Positions 60,520 through 64,000 of a DNA stretch of 64,000 bases are shown one piece after another. A program made the position numbers and the translations under genes. Location of the stretch: positions 186,001 to 250,000 of the forward strand of contig CBFFRP010000199.1 in assembly GCA_965644295.1 (NCBI GenBank), given 5' to 3'. This DNA is from Paraphysomonas bandaiensis (taxonomy: Eukaryota > Protista > Chrysophyceae). Every line of letters begins with the position of its first letter. Position 1 is the first letter of the stretch. Below the pieces are notes generated by a model. It was not told the origin of the DNA. It searched no databases and saw nothing but the letters and a program-made list of their open reading frames with translations.

Positions 60520-61730
60520 ATATACACTGGCTGGAAGTGTTATCTTGCAACACCTTCAGTAGGTCTATATTGTAACCCTGACTCTTGATGAAATCTGCAC
60601 ACTGCATCACTTCCATAATCATGTCTGACAGTCCAATCAGTTCTAATTCAGTGGAGTCCCTCGTCACTATTCTCTGCTTCGAGGACTTGCATAGAACTGT
60701 TGCGCCTGAACCTTGAACACAAGTCCTGTATGACCCTTACCATCGTCATGACACACAAATGCAGCAACAATGCATCCAATGACAGCCAGCTCCTTCCCCA
60801 CGCATAGCAACTAGTCTTGCTCCTTAGTCGCGTTCAGGTAGCGGGCCACCCTGCCGTGCTTCTCTATGTCTGCTTGTGTTGGGCTCTTGAATCTTGTGCT
60901 GAGGTAAACAACAGCAAGTAATATATCCGGTCTAACCCTTTTGTCCAGATATAGCAACTGCGCCACCATCTTGATGGAACTTCCGCCTGTCGCTCTTTTC
61001 AATGAGTTTACTTGTGGTGTTCTTAAATAGCGTAGCGGTAGCAGGTGATGTAGCGGTCCCCGACACTCCGTGTTCTCGTAGAAAATTCTCGATATACGAT
61101 CTCATTCATTCTGTCACCCTATCTCCCTCTGCTTTAACGTGCATTCCTAGGTATGATAGATCCTTCTCATCTTCGTGTTTTACATCCCCAAGCTTCTCTT
61201 TTAGTTTCTTCAGCAACTCTAGGCAGTCGCCATATGGCTCGACATAACTAGTATGTCATCACAAATATCACCACTGTACACTTTTGCCCGCCAGCTACTT
61301 TGTTCATGACACATGGGTCGACCGCGTTGTGCTCGAACCCCAAACTCCTTAGATATTCTGTAAGCTTGTTGTACCATAGTTTGTCGCTCTGGATGCATTC
61401 ATACAACGCCTTATCTAGCCGAACCAGTAGATTACCAGTCTCGTCTACGTACGAAGATACTTCAAGAGGTATCTTCTTCAATATCGTGGTTAACATGGGG
61501 TCCAGTTTCATGATGACTTCTTCGCCTGACATCTCTGCGTTCAGGTATGCCCCCTCTGTCCATGGTACCTATGTGACGTCCCTCCTTAGCAGCTATCGTA
61601 GGCACATCATTATCGATGCAGGCTGCAGTCGATAATGGTGTGTCTTCGTACACCATCCTGTCTTGTTGGGCGCCGTTAGCTACCAGCCTTGCCTTTATCT
61701 TCTCGAAGCGCCTTAAGCCATCATAATTCC
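60520..61730 (-). mobile_element. Degraded Ty1/copia retrotransposon RT-RNase H
   Basis: KIKARLVANG, LDKALY....SDKLWY, DPCV, RVRPDILLAV, TRDSTELELIGLSD and LQDNTS; many frameshifts and stops. Confidence 0.92.
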
Positions 61731-64000
61731 CAGGGGCTCCGACAAGGTTATCAAGAATGATTGTCGCCACACACTGAATAGGTCGGTATATAGACGCTGC
61801 GGCTTGTGTTGCTTATCTTTGATTCTGTGTCCACATACTGACGACTTCTATGTGGACATATAGTAAACTAGACTTCTATACCGAATCATTGTTTTGCTCT
61901 ACGACACATCGTAGTAATCCATTGATATGGCAGTCGTGTCCAGCCTATAAAGATCTGTTCAGTCTATGAAAGGAAAATAAAGTAAAAACTCTTGATACAT
62001 CATCTCTCACCTCAGTCAACATAACTCTCTCCTCTAACCAATACGACAGGACTGGTATAGATTTCATTGTTACTATGAATATATCAAACAGTATAATCAT
62101 AACGATATACTGTATATCGATAACGATATATATATAATGTATATATTTATATAGTTTCTAAAATACTGAAAAAAACACGTAACGTTTATTAATTAAAACA
62201 TCTATTAGCATTCTCTTACACCATATTATATAACCTGCTGTATACTGACTCTAGACGCATTCTCCTTTAAACACTCAATACCTGGTTATATTACAGACCA
62301 GCGGATTGTGACCAGAGTCATACAGAGTGCTACATTCCATTTCACCCTTGAGGGCCACAGGTATTCCACATCATCTTCTCATCCTATGCATTCACATAAA
62401 AATTGTCAGATACCTTGACTATGTAAGCACCCGTCGAGGACATTTACTGCAGACTTTTCAACTGTATATGCAAGGGCTTAAGTGCTGCGGCATGTCCTGG
62501 ACAGCAAATTGTGCCCATTCACGCTAGGCCTGGTCTTCACCTGCACCCAGGGGTTCACGATGCTACACTTGGTTTCACTCACTATATGGTGGTCTGAGTC
62601 CTGACTGTGGATGTAGGAAATCAATTGTTTAGGTCACCTTCAAGACAGCGTATCTGAAGTCTTTGGTGCACTGTTCTGCAGCCTAATGAAAGACCTCATA
62701 TATATAACGTCTTATCATTAACAGAAAACATGAGCATTGAATTACAAAATTAAAGTAAATTATGAATATTGCTATATATTTCTACTACTTAACACTACGA
62801 AAGGTGCAACCATTTCCACTGGTAAGGAGATTGGATTAATCGGGAGGGTGCCCCTTGTAGTAGGGATTTGAAGGTCTTGGCTGATGCTAAGGAGTAGGTA
62901 ATTTAGGGATCCCGTACTCAGATGGCGACGTGGGGTAGAAATCGGGTTTTCACTTTGCCTTGCCTTTTGCGTAGTAGCTCCAAGATACACATGTCGAATT
63001 TTCGTCATTTGGGTATATCATATGATGAAGCAGTAGTTAGGGCATGAGGTGGTACGCTAGAAGTGCTCAGGGGATGCGATACGAAGGCTGCCAGACTTCT
63101 AGTTATGCCGAAGACGTATGATTGTTGATAGGTGTTTTGGGCGGGGGCGTTTTTGCCAATATTGATTTACCTTCAAGTTCATCAGAAAAGATTGTAGCCT
63201 AGTCATCAACAGCGCATTCTGGTTGAGTTAAAGGTTTCGGAGTATCAGTTTGAATATGAGTATCACCGGTATAGATTCGGCACATTTATTATAAACACCA
63301 GGCGTGAACCACGTTCAAAGTAATTAATACCAAGCTTGGATATAGCATAAAATTATCATTAAATTACTAGAAGGGACATGTCCAATCGTGATTGTGTGAT
63401 TGGTCTATGAAATTGAATATTACGTGTGTGCTTTTTCATTGGATTTTGGAACCCATTTGCTCGTATCTTGTCAATCATAAAGTACTTTCCTCGCAAAGTA
63501 TAAGCTTTAAAAGCAAATAAATACTGAAAAAGTAACACAATCACAAAAAGTCTGCTTGAACTCATCTCAATACATAGTGTTTTTTACAGTTTTGTTTTCC
63601 TAAACACTAATTACCATTACTCGTTAGTAGGCACACCTCATGTCGTTCATGGGCATGATATACTGCTGTACGATAGAGATTGTGGACGTAAAAAGCATCC
63701 TGTAGTCTTATACCTTGACTTGCAATATAGTACTCGTACAGACCGTGTACTGTATATATAGCACTGATGTGTTAAATGAAATTGTAAGGATGCTATCATA
63801 CATGTTCCTGGCTTGTTCTACACTTTGATACACTTCTGACAAAGATACTACTTGCTGTGCTATTAGTGTGTATTATCACAAAGCCTCTTCAGCATGTATA
63901 TATATATAAACTTTCATACATGTTATATAAACTTTACCTATCTTACGTCTTCTATTACACAGACATATAACAACAGTTGACAATCAGAGTAGACATCTGA

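Larger units (their letters stand above)
12187..63671. promoter_or_regulatory. Dispersed candidate cis-element (G)TACTGCTGTA(C) / GTACAGCAGTAC upstream of genes
   Basis: Copies at about 12187, 23590, 29626, 29698, 36977, 37057, 44132, 46817, 53786, 53830, 53852, 53974 and 63661. All lie in intergenic DNA upstream of a gene start (63661 is upstream of an unassigned ORF). Confidence 0.6.

Noticed and set aside
62772-63565. Signal-peptide-like ORF at 63565 followed by coding-like sequence on the - strand
   Set aside because: Multiple in-frame stops and no recognisable domain; probably a decayed gene, not assignable.
1-64000. Non-canonical introns or alternative genetic code
   Set aside because: The introns I reconstructed are GT-AG, and genes end in TAA, TAG or TGA. 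Fragmented ORFs are explained by short introns or decay.
1-64000. CRISPR arrays, rRNA, tRNA or snRNA genes
   Set aside because: No repeat-spacer array or recognisable structural RNA was seen by eye. A covariance-model scan was not run.

Overview
AT-rich, gene-dense eukaryotic nuclear DNA using the standard genetic code, with many short (about 40-70 nt) GT-AG introns. The gene content (CHASE-like hybrid histidine kinase, GCK-domain, LtrA-like and FkbM proteins) suggests a stramenopile-like protist; this is inference only. About 22 protein-coding genes can be reconstructed, many as divergent pairs. They are interspersed with a family of CAGGG...CCCTG DNA elements with 8-bp target-site duplications (TSDs), a nested element carrying a piggyBac-like transposase relic, two copia relics, a (TATG)n microsatellite and an eroded local gene duplicate. 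The most notable observations are: (1) a single gene with two tandem ATP-grasp ligase modules whose 646-bp catalytic cores are nearly identical while their flanks are diverged; (2) an intronless tandem ABC1/UbiB kinase-pseudokinase; (3) an ABCG half-transporter with a signal peptide and Cys-rich ectodomain; (4) a GTACTGCTGTAC motif recurring upstream of genes, together with AT-rich 5' coding ends; (5) a composite MITE-derived element that appears to have captured about 600 bp. All calls are from reading the sequence by eye; no database searches were run.
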